Both the position numbers and the translations under genes were made by a program. From assembly GCF_006345805.1 (NCBI RefSeq), contig NC_042998.1:120528001-120592000 (forward strand): DNA of 64,000 nt. The letters are read 5' to 3'. Of the stretch, positions 1 through 12,358 are shown piece after piece (position 1 is the first letter of the stretch; each line of letters begins with the position of its first letter). The notes under the pieces were generated by a model that had not been told where the DNA came from, did not search any database, and saw only the letters and a program-made list of their open reading frames with translations. This stretch comes from Octopus sinensis. Taxonomy: Eukaryota.

Positions 1-467
1 TGAAAGTAATAGGAAGCAGTGTTGCAAGGGAGAATAGAAAGGATAGGGAAAGAGGGAAGAGAAAACATAGTGTTGTGGGTTAGTGTGAGAGGGGGACAGA
101 AGAGTGAGGATAAGTTGAGTGGGGGGGGTGCACAATTAAGTGACTTCTCTTATGGAAGGATTATCCTGAGGCTGGGCATCGTACATTGTAGCTCAGTTTT
201 GCTATGAGAAACAGTCTGCTGTCTAAATTAACTAAGATACCTGTTGATGTTAGTGAGCACTCCAAGGGACTTCATATTTCTGTTGCAGAAAATCACTATA
301 CCCCCTTATTAAATGCATATGCACCAGTTCTGCCTTCTGATAGTCACAATGAAAATCAGGCACTAAGACATCATTGTTACTGCTGTTATTGTTGCTGCAG
401 CAGCAGTGAGCTCGCAGTATCATTAGCATGCTGCACAAAATACTTAGTGGCACTTCATCCATCTTAA

Positions 468-612
468 TGTTCTTAGTTCAAATTCCACCGAAGTCATCTT
501 TGCTTTTCATCTTTTTGGGGTAAAGGAAATAATTACAAGTTATGCAGTGGAGTTGAACTAATTGACTGGCTTCTCCCCCAAAATATTAGGCCTTGTGCCT
601 ATAGTAGAAAGA

Positions 613-643
<31 letters not shown>

Positions 644-692
644 TATTATTATTATTATTATTATTATTATCATTATTATTATTATTATTATA

Positions 693-723
<31 letters not shown>

Positions 724-750
724 TATTATCATCATCATCATCATTATTAG
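468..750 (+). mobile_element. 5'-truncated SINE (family A) with a long (ATT)n/(ATC)n tail
   Basis: ttcttagttcaaattcc...ggccttgtgcctatagtagaaag, then about 135 bp of triplet repeat. Confidence 0.75.
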
Positions 751-1417
751 TTAATTCCAGCAAGTACTGGTGCATGAAATGTTATACATAGTTATCCAAA
801 TATTTTACAGCTGACTGACCTGTAAATGATGACTACCAGCTGCTCCTCTAGTTTTTAATATCTACTCCCAAAAAATTAGACATCTTTGATTATCAGAATT
901 GTATGTAGGTTTACATTCCAGCTGTTAATTGTTATTATTATTACTAGAGAGCCTTCTCAATTAATAACATATTTAACCTACTATAAATGTAGTGGTGTAG
1001 TTGTTATACACAAATATATCAATGTTTGAAACATTGACTCAGATATTGAATTGATTATATGCTTTAGAATTTTGTAAATTTCTCATTGCAACATGAACTT
1101 TTAATGTTGCTTTGCTGAATCATATATAGTTAATAATATTTATGGTGGCATATAAGTAGATAAAGCCAGCTTAAGTTTTGTCAGTTGCTTTTATATACAT
1201 GTAAATAGAGAGAGAGGCAATTAAATATAACAGCTTGGGTTTTGCTCTACAAAATATCAAACCAAAGCTGTTATATCTGCTCTCTTGGATTCTTCTTATA
1301 AACACTCTTTACCCCACGGAATTGGTCCCTTTTAAAGACACCGGAGTCTAAGTTCAAATCATTTGAGCACTACTAAGTGTTTTCTATACCAAGAATCTCT
1401 GGATCTCATCCTTTAGT

Positions 1418-1755
1418 GAAGGTGCATGGTTCAGTGCATTGGGCTAACAATCATGAGGTGGCGAGTTTGATTTCCAAACCAGGCTGTCTGTTGTGTTCTA
1501 GAGCTAGGTACTTTATTTCACATTACTCCAGTTCACTCAACTTTAGAAATGAGTTATGATGTGACTGGTGTCAAGCTGTATCATCCTTTGCCTTTCCTTT
1601 TGATAACATTGGTGGCCTGGAAAGGGGAAACTGTTATGCACGGGTGACTGCTGGTCTTCTATAAACAGCCTTGCCTAGACTTATGCCTCAGAGGGGAACT
1701 TTCTTTCTAGGTGCAATCCCGTGGGCTTTTGTGACTGAAGTGGGGTCTTTTACCC
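1418..1755 (+). mobile_element. tRNA-derived SINE (family D)
   Basis: Decayed A box (TGGTTCAGTGCA) and B box (GAGTTTGATTTCC), followed by a body ending GGGGTCTTTTACCC. Confidence 0.7.
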
Positions 1756-1843
1756 TATAGAAAAGTTACCTCTTTACTTAGTTGTTACTACACTATCACC
1801 ATGATGTATGTGTGTTGTTTTACCATAACTCAAGCACACACGA

Positions 1844-2040
1844 GCTGGTGGCATGTAAAAAGCACCCACTACGCTCTTGGAATAGTTGCATTAGGAAGGG
1901 CATCCAGCTGTAGAAACCTTGCCAAATCGGATTGAAGCCTGGTGCAGCCTCCTGGCCTACCAGTTCTCAGTCAAACTGTCCAGCTCATGCCAGCATGGAA
2001 AGCAGATGTTAAACGACAATAATGATGATGATGATAATGA
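1844..2040 (+). mobile_element. Family C retroposon 3' end (RTE-type tail with (GAT)n)
   Basis: ttaggaagggcatccagctgtagaaac...catgccagcatggaaagcagatgttaaac(gat)n. Related copies near 6865-7085, 8160-8240, 16560-16825, 18160-18300 and 61169-61560. Confidence 0.8.
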
Positions 2041-3481
2041 ACACATTTTCGATATATTTTAATACCCCAAACTAGTTTTTTTAAATACATTTAACCATGA
2101 GATTGCTTCTGTTAGGTTTTACCAAATATAAAAGTTTGACATAAATCACTTTCTCACCCCCTCCCCAATACATACAGCCATTAATCCATCTTACACACAT
2201 ACATGCACTCATAGATACACAGACATTTGCACTCTCTTTCTATCTCTCTTTTTTTCTATGACTGGTCTCAGTACATAGCATTAAGTTCATTAAGATGGAT
2301 GATTGGCCGGGGGGAGCAGAAGATACACTGGACTGGGATTTCCTTGTGCTTTTCCTCAGCTCATAAGACATTTTAAGTCCAGCCCTACAGTTTAATAAAA
2401 TACTTGTTTATGGTTATATCATAAGAAATTGCTTCCAACCATATCACACTGAAGTTAAGCAACATCGTGATTGGTTGGTACTTAGAGGAATACTGTTTGG
2501 GAAATCTAAGTATCATAAGTATTTTATATTCTGAGCAAACAAAAATCCCTGTATAGTTGTTTGACTTGCAAGTTGTAGCAGCCAAAATCTCCTCAAATTA
2601 CACCCTACTATTTTGAAAATATACATTGAATAATGTGATTCTCGATTTTTCACACCTCCTGTATAATATATAATTATCTTCTGTTTCTAAATATTCATTT
2701 AGCTATTCCTGTACTATGAAGGTTCTTCAAACAGAGCTGTCTGAACCGAGAGATATTTAAGTCCTTTAGAGCTTTGTAGACTTTGCTTGTATAAGTTATT
2801 TTCTTGGTCTCTCCACTTCCTTCACTACATTAACTGCTATTTCCTCTGCAATATCTCACAAAATAATACAAGTTTATTATAGCCAATCTCTTCTTTATAA
2901 CTAAAATCATATTGATGTACAACATTGAATTAAAAACTAGTTATATGCATTCATGTACAAATGCACACACATACATGCATGAGTGTACATGCACACTCAT
3001 GTACAAATGTATGTTTTACTTTGCAGCTCGTCCCTTGGCCACTCTCTGCTAGCAAACTTTCCATAATAATAAATCACTCATTTTTCCTCTTGTATTTAGT
3101 TTGGTATGTTTATTCATTGACACATTCTGTTTGTTACTTGATATGCGTGTGGGCAGTATGGAGATGATAGATTTATCTGTTTTATTTCTTTTCTTTCTTT
3201 ATTATTATTATTATTTAGTTATTTCTCTTTTTCTATCCAACATTTACTGACCCAACTAATGTAATTTTACACACAGGTAAAACATTTTTAATTGAACAAA
3301 AGCAATGATTAGAAACTGTTTGTGGTTTACGTTTTCTTTAGCTATTGTGTTTGTTGTTGTTGTTGTCCCCCCTCTCTCTCTCTCTCCCAAAATGACTCAC
3401 ATTATTGCATTCAAGCAAAGAATATTCTCCTAAAACTATATCAGGTCAAATGTAAATAGCAGACAGACAGACAGACAGACA

Positions 3482-3523
<42 letters not shown>

Positions 3524-4520
3524 CACTCCTTAAACAACTGACTTGTCACTGGCAGCTATTTTAGCATTAGCTAAGTCAATTTAAAGCACTGTTTCCTTTA
3601 TATACTTAGTAATGTATTGAAATTTACTCCAGTATTGAAATACACCCAAACAAGTGACATATATTCAATTGTGATGTATGATACACATTATATAACCGCC
3701 ACCTGATGTTTTAAACTGGATCATACCTACATAGTATCATACGCTTAAATGGCTTTAAAACAGAATAAGTATCAGGATACAAGTTCTATGAAAATTTATT
3801 TTTTCAGCTATTGTTGTCCATTTTGTGGAATATATGACTTAATGGTAAACACTTTAGGTTTTTTTTTGCTTTATTTTTTTTCCCCTCTTGCAAAAAGAAA
3901 AAAAAAAAGGAAAAAAATAGTGATCTGGAACAATTTGAAAACTTCTAAATATGTCCGGTATATTTGTATATGTATATTCAATTTTGATTTTATATCTATA
4001 ACGATGATGCTTATTATTTTGTTTTCTTGCTACTTCTAGTATCTTTTTAAACTCTTAACATCTGTTGCATACATCAGATAGGTTCTGTATTTTCTCTTCA
4101 AGTATAAATCCTGAAATAATTCCCCAATTAACAATACCTATACTCCTCATTTTTATAGTTATATGTAACTCTGCATTTACAGTAATTGTTTCTTTACTTG
4201 TTTTATACCTACCTGCTTGGGACTGCCTCAGGTTTCATGATTCAAATTTCCTCTTTTAAAGTAATCTAAAGTAAAATCTTCCAAAATTTCCTGTTTATGT
4301 TCCAAACACCATCTTATTAATGACAGTTATTTTAATAATTCTATCATTTTTTAAATTAATTGAAGCAGAGGTGGTGTATTTTCAACAGAACCATGGTAAT
4401 GAAGGGGTTAATAACAATGCTTCCTTCTGGTATTTTCCCAAAAGATTTTATTAAATAAGTGGTTTATGTTGAAACTAATTACTGTTTATTGAAATGGGTT
4501 AAAACATTCTAATTATAACC

Positions 4521-4923
4521 TTATCATCATCATCATCATGCATCCATTTTCCATGCTGGCATGGGTTGGACAGTTTGACTGGAGCTAGCAAGCCAGAGGG
4601 CTGCACCAGGCTCCTGTCGTCTGTTTTGACATAGTTTCTATGGCTGGATGCTCTTCCAAATGTCAGCCACTTTACAGAGTGTACTGGGTGCTTTTTGTGC
4701 TTTCTACATGATGCTAGCACGAGTGCTTTTTACAGGGCACCAGCATGGGTACCCTTTATGTGGCATCGTTATGGGTGCTTTTTATGCACTTTCATCATGG
4801 TTGCTTTCTACATGGCACTGTCACAGATGCTTTTTACATGGCTCTGACACAGATGCCTTTCACATGGTGCCAGCATGAGTGCTTTCTACATTGCCCTGGC
4901 AAGGGTACTAATGTGGTGCCATG
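4521..4923 (-). mobile_element. Family C retroposon with an expanded 26-bp internal tandem array
   Basis: (CAT)n tail, ccatgctggcatgggttgg, then about 9 units of GGGTGCTTTTTACATGGCACCAGCAT-like sequence (4697-4923). Confidence 0.8.
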
Positions 4924-5349
4924 AATTAAAAAAAAAACAGTAAGTTTTGCTGCAACCAAAAGCAATAAAAGTATCTAATCATGTTTGTTCTTCAACTAAT
5001 GTCTCTGCTTGAAACAATAAAGTTTTCTTTTTGCCTCATAACACTATTTTGTAAGCTTTATGAAACTAATTTTTGTTGACAGACACTGACTTCATTAAAC
5101 TTTGGTAGATTACTTTTGCTATCAAGTTAAATAACTGAATAATGTATTTTAGCCAATGAGAGAGTATATGCCTGAAATACCAGCCAAATCTCCCTGCAGT
5201 AATAAAAATGAAAGGACATGATCATGTTCTGGACTGTCTGAAGGAAAAGTGGGATGATCATGCCTGGAATGTCTTAGATCATTCAGAGCTCACATGTGAC
5301 TAAGCAATAACAGCAACAATTAAACATGTAGCCTTATAAAACTCTTCAA

Positions 5350-5568
5350 CCCTTTTGTTACCATATTTCTGTTAACATATGCTGCCTTTAGTTCAGTCAA
5401 TTTCTAAAGTAATGAAGAATTTTATAAAATAACTTTTTAATTATTATGCTGGGGCCTGAACAGTTTAGCATAAAATTTTGATGGAAAATTATAATTTAGA
5501 CCACTTTAAAACAGTAAGTTTATGTCATAGAATCTGAGGTGGTTTTAGGCAGGTTGGTACCAACAGAG
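5350..5568. mobile_element. piggyBac-type MITE, family 1 (degenerate)
   Basis: TCAA|CCCTTTTGTTACCA ... TGGTACCAACAGAG|TTAA; 11/14 TIR match; TTAA-like target site. Confidence 0.7.
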
Positions 5569-6065
5569 TTAAACACTACACACTATTCTCCTTTTTTTGA
5601 CGTAAAGGAAGAATCTATCAACATAGTGCTTTCCCCTCATTAATGTTTTACTTACTCTATTAAACATAGTGCTTTCCCCTCATTAATATTTTACTTAGTC
5701 TATTAAACTCTCCCGTTGTCCTATAAACCATTCAAAACAAATAACTTTCTCAGACTATAGATATGAAGATTGTGATTTTCCTTCTCTGCTTTGGTGATCT
5801 TCAGGGATTTGTGGCATTGCCTTCCTCAGAGAAGAAACTATTTATCTTGCAAGTTTGTCTGAGCATTTCATTTTTTTCACTAGTATTCATTTATGCAATC
5901 AATATCACCAGCACAAGTGAGGTCATCATATAGCTCACAAGACTAAAATCCCTATCAGTTGAGTGGGGCTACAGTAGAGAGAGAGAGGGTGACTTTAAAG
6001 TATGAAAGAAGAGGCCAAAACAGAACGATTTTCTTACTGTATAGAAGCTAGGTCTGTATATATAT

Positions 6066-6113
<48 letters not shown>

Positions 6114-6170
6114 CGTTTTGGGATTTGGTTTGCAAGATTCTTTATATGAGTTCATGTGTTGAAGCATATT

Positions 6171-6354
6171 CTGTTGTGTCTGGGGAGAGTCATTCTCTTT
6201 TAGTGCCTTATTATTTAACACACTCACCGGTAAAATTTCCACTTATTTCTTATTTTAAAAAGAAAAAAAAAGAAAGAAAGAAGTGGAAATTTTACTGGTT
6301 AGTGTGTTAAATAATAAGGCACTAAAAGAGAATGACTCTCCCCAGACACAACAG
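6171..6354. repeat. Near-perfect inverted repeat (74-bp arms, 36-nt spacer) between (TA)n tracts
   Basis: 6171-6244 versus reverse complement of 6281-6354: 72/74 identical. Confidence 0.95.
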
Positions 6355-7656
6355 TATATATATATATATATATATATGTGTGTTATTTAGAGGTAGAAGT
6401 CCCCATGCAATTCATCAAATCCTAATATACATCATACCATATCATAGAATTTTATTTTAATGCTTACTATTTCAGTTCCAAATTTCTCTTTTACACTTGT
6501 TTCATGAGGTGCATTTAATGTTCTTGAGACCCTCAGTCTTTTTCAGAAACATGTCTTAACTGCAACCCCAATCATCAGGACTATTCATAACTTTTTATAA
6601 TTCTATAACTATTCCTATATTTTTATATTTTATCAGTTACGAATGTAACTAGCAGACAAACATGCAGGTGTGCAAATAAATTTGCTGAACCTTGCCGTGC
6701 AAGCCATAATTTAATTAATTAAAAATTAAAAATTTACAAAACTAAATTCAAATGTGACTTATGCCTATAAGCATACATATAAATTAATAATATGTAGGAA
6801 TGAAGAAAATTATAATAATGAAAAGAATATATAATATATATCTCCTTGTCTTGACATCACATGATAGTTGTGAGTATCACAGTCATACAAGCAGTGTCGT
6901 TCATTTCCAGTATACTGCAAAGGCATGTTTGGCCATAGGGAAATATTTCCTTGCTTGGAAACAGGTGAGGGTTAGTGACAGGAAAAGCACCAGCCGTAGA
7001 AAAAATTTGCCTCAAATAAACTCTGTCCAACCCATACAAGCATGGAAAAGTGGATCTTAAGATGATCTTGATGGCGATGACGACACTGACAACACTGCTG
7101 CCAAGGAGGAGCTTTCCCTCCATTACCACATTATTGGGCACTTCAATGTTTCAACCTCACGCATATAACCTCACACATGCTGTGAATTTCATGATCTCTG
7201 AAACTCTTCAAGAACTATCTCACTTCTCACTTGTCAACTTCCTGAAGTAACTAGCCTATTTCTTGAAGAAGCACTTGGTGTGTATTTAAATAGTTATTCA
7301 ATATTGAAGTGTTTCTATACTTTTTGAAGAATTAGCTTGTATTCTTTGAAAAGTTCTGCTCCTGCATTCATTTATTTAGTAATCACTTGGTCGAGAATAG
7401 TCAGTGACTAAAAACATACCAGTCACTATATTGCCAAATAAGATTCATCATCTTAAAGAACCCTTCAGAATAATGGATGGTATCACTATGACATCATCAC
7501 TTAGGATGCAGACATTTGTTTTTATAAATTCCTCCTATCACTTCAATGTCAAGTGAGAAAACTTCAGTTAAGAGTTCAATGAGAATATTCTGGTATATTA
7601 AGAGAAGTATAAACATTTCTCAACGAAAGTTACAAGTTCTCATTAAAAGTAAATAC

Positions 7657-7706
<50 letters not shown>

Positions 7707-7711
<5 letters not shown>

Positions 7712-8093
7712 GGAGTGGCTGTATGGTTAGAAGCTTACTTCCCAACCACATTGTTCTGGGTTCAGTCCCACTGCGTGGCACCTTGGGCGAGTGTCTTCTA
7801 CTATAGCCTCGGGCTGACCAAAGCCTTGTGAGTGGGTTTGGTAGAAGGAAACCGAAAGAAGCCCATTGAATATATATATGTGTATGTATGTATTTGTGTA
7901 TCTGTGTTTGTCCCCTGCACCATCGCTTGACAGCCAATGTTGATATGTTTACGTACCCATAACTTAGCAGTTCAGCAAAAGAGACTGATAGAATAAGTAC
8001 TACGCTTACAAAGAATAAGTCCTGGGGTTGATTAGTTTGACTAAAGGTGGTGCTCCAGCATGGCTACAGTCAAATGACTGAAACAAGTAAAAG
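7707..8093 (+). mobile_element. tRNA-derived SINE, family B (composite, internal microsatellite)
   Basis: gcacaggagtggctgtatggttag...gggttcagtcccactgcgtggcaccttggg...; 3' module cagcatggctacagtcaaatgactgaaacaagtaaaag; homologous to 17372-17736. Confidence 0.85.
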
Positions 8094-8163
<70 letters not shown>

Positions 8164-8237
8164 GCAGCCTCCGGCTTGCCAGTCCTCAATCAAACTGTCC
8201 AACCCATACCAGTATGGAAAGTGGACATTAAACGATG

Positions 8238-8287
<50 letters not shown>

Positions 8288-8451
8288 TTTGATGGTGAAA
8301 ACAGGATAAATAGAACCTAAAACATGATTATTTATCTATTTTTATTAATATTTAGCAGAAGCAACAGAGTGACTAAAGGCTGAGAGTTTCAGGTGTTAGC
8401 ACATACCAAACTTATCAAAGTTTGATAAGTGTTAATGTTGCTTCTGCTAGA

Positions 8452-8482
<31 letters not shown>

Positions 8483-8484
8483 TC

Positions 8485-8530
<46 letters not shown>

Positions 8531-8710
8531 ATGTTAAATTAGAATCTTTGTGAAAATTATAGAGCTTCTATCTGAAATAATATGTATAGACACTACATAT
8601 TTAGCCAAGATCGTTTCATTGGACACTAAGTTTGCAAACACTTTGATTGTTTATTTAATTACCGTCTATCATTATTCATTTATTTATTTATTTATTTATT
8701 TATTCCACAG

Positions 8711-8902
8711 GAGGCCTCTGATAGCACAGAACTAATCCAACCTCAAATCGCCATGGTTACCCAGAAGTCTGCTCTTGAAGTTACAAGTGAAGAGGATCCA
8801 GAATCAGCATATGATATTGAAATGCCACCTCCAATGGCAATCCAGGAGCACACATTTGCTGCAACCCAGCCTTCAACATCAGATGAAAGCCATACAAAGC
8901 TA
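8711..8902 (+). CDS. TRIO: Trio-family RhoGEF, exon A (first exon visible in window): inter-GEF linker
   Basis: ttccacag|GAG...CTA|gtaagt, 192 nt, phase 0-0. Translates EASDSTELIQPQIAMVTQKSALEVTSEEDPESAYDIEMPPPMAIQEHTFAATQPSTSDESHTKL; PPPMAIQ matches the linker motif I recall from vertebrate Trio (LPPPMAIQQH). Confidence 0.88.
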
Positions 8903-9452
8903 GTAAGTATCAATAAATTAGTTGTATTCATTTGGAATTATAAATCCTCCTCCCCCTAAGTTACTAGTATAGTATAATTTCTATTCTTCTCCATCTGCGT
9001 ATATATGTGCGTTCTCTCCCCTGTCTGTCTCTGGCTTCTATTGACTTCTATTTCAGGTTTGAAACTGTTTTCTTTTTAGAACAAGTTAACTGGAGGCTAA
9101 CCAGCAGTACTTGGTAAATTGAGGTTTAATAGCAATATGATAAGAGGAACATGAGATCTTGAATGTAATCTGAGACATTAACTAGCTTTATGCACAGTGC
9201 ACACATACACACATGGATTGTACTTCAATCTTATCAGTTTTATCATGCAAATAACTACCCTATGCACATCATAACAGACTCACAACTTCATACATAAACA
9301 TGAAAAACTGCTAACTCCTAGAAGCTTTTTTTCCAAGGTATGTTTGATATGTAAAATTAAAAATATCTCCATACTTGTTTCCCTCATACCCTGTTAATCA
9401 CTACTATAAAACCCTTTGCAGTTACCCCTTTGTCAAATGATCCAATGCTTAA

Positions 9453-9671
9453 CCCTTTAGTGTTCACATTATTCTATCAAACATAATGCTTATTGATTCC
9501 CATTGATTTGAATTAATCATGCATTATCTCATACCTTCAAGATCTTGATGGTGTAATTACTTAATGTAGAATAACATTGTAGGGTAGGTGTGAGAGCCTG
9601 GATCTGGTCAGTTTGAACATAAAACAGATTAGCTATTTTGGCCGGATATGGCCAGTTTAAATACTAAAGGG
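9453..9671. mobile_element. piggyBac-type MITE, family 2
   Basis: TTAA|CCCTTTAG ... CTAAAGGG|TTAA, 219 bp; homologous to 18478-18696. Confidence 0.9.
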
Positions 9672-10945
9672 TTAAACAAATTTCTATGTGGTTGTTTGTT
9701 CTGCTAGAGATAACAGCCAAATCTCTCAAATTACATCATATTTTTAAAAAATGGAAGACTATGTTGTCTGAAATGATATCTGAAAGGGTAGGATGGTTAT
9801 GGCTGGAATGCCTTTCATTATAGGCCTTTTCCATCATAGCTGAACTTGAACTAAACAGATTACCCCAATCCTATCATTTCATCAGACACCGAAAAGACAG
9901 TTATAATGGTCCTTTTCTCAACAAAATAAACATAATTTTCATTTCCTGATTCTGTTTGCATTTCTATTTTGACGTGGATCTTTTGTTATTCAGACATGGA
10001 TCTGTCTTATACTCTATATAGATCTCTAAATCTGACCCTGGGTTAACAAAGGACCTAGTGTGAATTAAACATGTCTAGAGATTTTGGATAAATACATTAC
10101 TTCTTGAAGTTGTTTTATACTGGAATGTCTTTCACCATACAAGCTTCTCTCTCTCTCTTTTTTTCTCTCTCTCCTCTCTCTTTTTTTCTCTCTCTCCTCT
10201 CTCTTTTTCTCTCTCTCTCTACTTGTGTATATAATTTTATCTGACCTTTTGGGTTTTAGAAATTTCTAAAGAAAACATTCCCCCTTATTACAGCTCTTCT
10301 TTCTACTCTTCCTTCTCTGTATTAGTTGAGGAACTGCTGTGTATCTGTTTTCTGTCTGTTTCTAACCCTGTAATTGCAAAATCTTATCATTCTCTCTACT
10401 CCTACACATTCTATCCATTATCTGTTAATTGTCAGCCTTCCCAATCATCATAGAGTTGTCTTATCTCATTCAACAGTAAGCCATAACCCTTTCAGAACCA
10501 TTGTCCACAGACTTGGTCATTCAATATCAATCTGAGAAAACAGATGTGGCTGTGACCCCCCCACACACACACTCCAAGAGAGAGTAATCATGTTGAGCTG
10601 TTTATGGCTGTGTTTACTTTGCCAGCTTGTTGAGCATCTGACTAAAATTACACATGATAGTGTCACTGTTACTGGAGTGCTAATGATACAATACAGGAGG
10701 ACTATACAGTGTCCACCATCAAAATGTTTATCTACCAAGAATTCATTATATTTCAGTGAAAGGATCAATATATTTTAAATGTCTAAATTGCAGAGAAGCT
10801 ACTGTTCATAGGATTACAACCTCATTTACAAACTGTATATTTACATTCTACACTACATTTCTTTTCGCTTTGTCTCCAGTCATCATGTGGTATTTTATTC
10901 CTAGATACACACACACACACACACACACAAACTGGATTTGAACTA

Positions 10946-12358
10946 CAGTATTTCCTAATTGAATTTGTACCTTTCTCAAATGAATTTGTCCTTTTCTCAA
11001 AGAAATTCATCCCTTCAATATCAAAACCAATTTAGATCTTAAATATTTAAAAATGAGACACCTATAAGTTTAAACAAGTATACAAAATAGTATCTTAGCA
11101 CGAGAATAGTGAAAATGAACAAAAAAACTAACTTAAAATGATTTTAATTTATTTTGAAACTCTTGTAATCATAAATATTTCACAAATCCTTCATATTCAA
11201 TGCTTGTGGGATGAAAAACATTTGATGTCGATCATATATTGCACAATTTACAGCAAATATTGAATCCATTGCAAGATACATTGCTGTTTTTAAAATATTC
11301 ATTCTATGAATCATCATAGGCAAATTTTCTGGTCTGTTGTAGAGATCATTTTTATGACTCTGTAGATACTGCTTCACAAAAGATTTCAATTTGTTGAACA
11401 TTTCCTCAATGGGATTAAACATTGGGGAATAAGGAGGTAGAAATTTAATCATGTGTTGGGGTGCGAGATCAATTTAATCGACACGCTTATGGATGCATGC
11501 ATTGTCCATAATAAATGCAACAAAAAAGCTGTTAAATTCAGAAGTTGTGATCTTTTTAAATGTTTCGAATTGGACAAGACCTGACATATCCATAGTGGAA
11601 ATAATGTTTAAATTTGCCCTTTTAGTAGAAGAACAATCAGTAATTGCCTGAACTCCATGGTAAGCTCTGCCCATCGAACTTCAAAAAAAATAGATTGTAA
11701 AAATATTTCGTAAACAAAAATTTTATACAAGTATTTAGCAAATACAATAATCATTTACTTTGAAATCCAAATGTTGTAATTTGTTTCATCAATATATACA
11801 CATCGAATGGCCTATCCATTATCTTGAAGCCATTTTGTGTAATAACATCACTCCTTTTTTATGTTTTCATTATTTCGTTCAATAGGGCAAATTATTAGTA
11901 TTTTCAGAGTGTATCCAAGGCTGTCAAGATAGCGATCAGTAGCTGATAATGAAACAGTCAGATCGAATTTCTCTTGTAAAAAGTTCTCTCATTATTTTCA
12001 AAGTTAAATTTAGGTCCTCATTAATCAATTCTTGCGAAAATTGATGATTTTCCTTGATTTTTCACTCTTGGTGCCCACTTGTTTTCTTTAGAGAATAATC
12101 TTTCTGTGCAATTGTCTTGGCTGTGCTGTAGTTAATGTCAAGGGAGCGGGACAATGATTTAAAATTTTTGCTGTTTCTGGAAACAGACAATATTAATTTT
12201 TTATCCTGCTAAGATATGTACTTGTATGTTTTGTTTGGCATGTAAAAAATGTCTAAACTATTATGTTTTAAATCAGACTTTAATACTAAAGGGATGAATT
12301 CATTTGAGAAAGGGACAAAGTCATTTGAGAAAGGGACAAATTTAATCAGGAAATACTG
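10946..12358 (-). mobile_element. IS630/Tc1/mariner-superfamily DNA transposon, 1413 bp, both ends intact, defective
   Basis: TA at 10944-45 and 12359-60. Terminal inverted repeats start CAGTATTTCC, with 63 of the first 70 bp identical and similarity to about 78 bp. Contains a transposase pseudogene. Lies antisense in Trio intron A-B. Confidence 0.95.
11180..12241 (-). pseudogene. DDE transposase pseudogene (IS630/Tc1-like, DDE_3 type)
   Basis: ATG at 12241. HTH-like LSRSLDINYSTAKTI; RYLDSLGYTLK...PIERN; catalytic VYIDETN (D 11788-90), IMDNACIH (D 11504-06) and LPPYSPMFNPIEEMF (E 11405-07). At least five in-frame stops and a +1 frameshift in the T-run at 11978-82. Confidence 0.93.

Noticed and set aside
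204-467. 87-aa ORF with an internal ttgcag acceptor as an upstream Trio exon
   Set aside because: No recognisable Trio homology, no good phase-0 donor, and it ends in a simple-repeat Cys run.
1418-1490. tRNA-like A and B boxes here and at other SINE heads
   Set aside because: No complete cloverleaf; each continues into a dispersed repeat body, so these are SINE heads, not tRNA genes.
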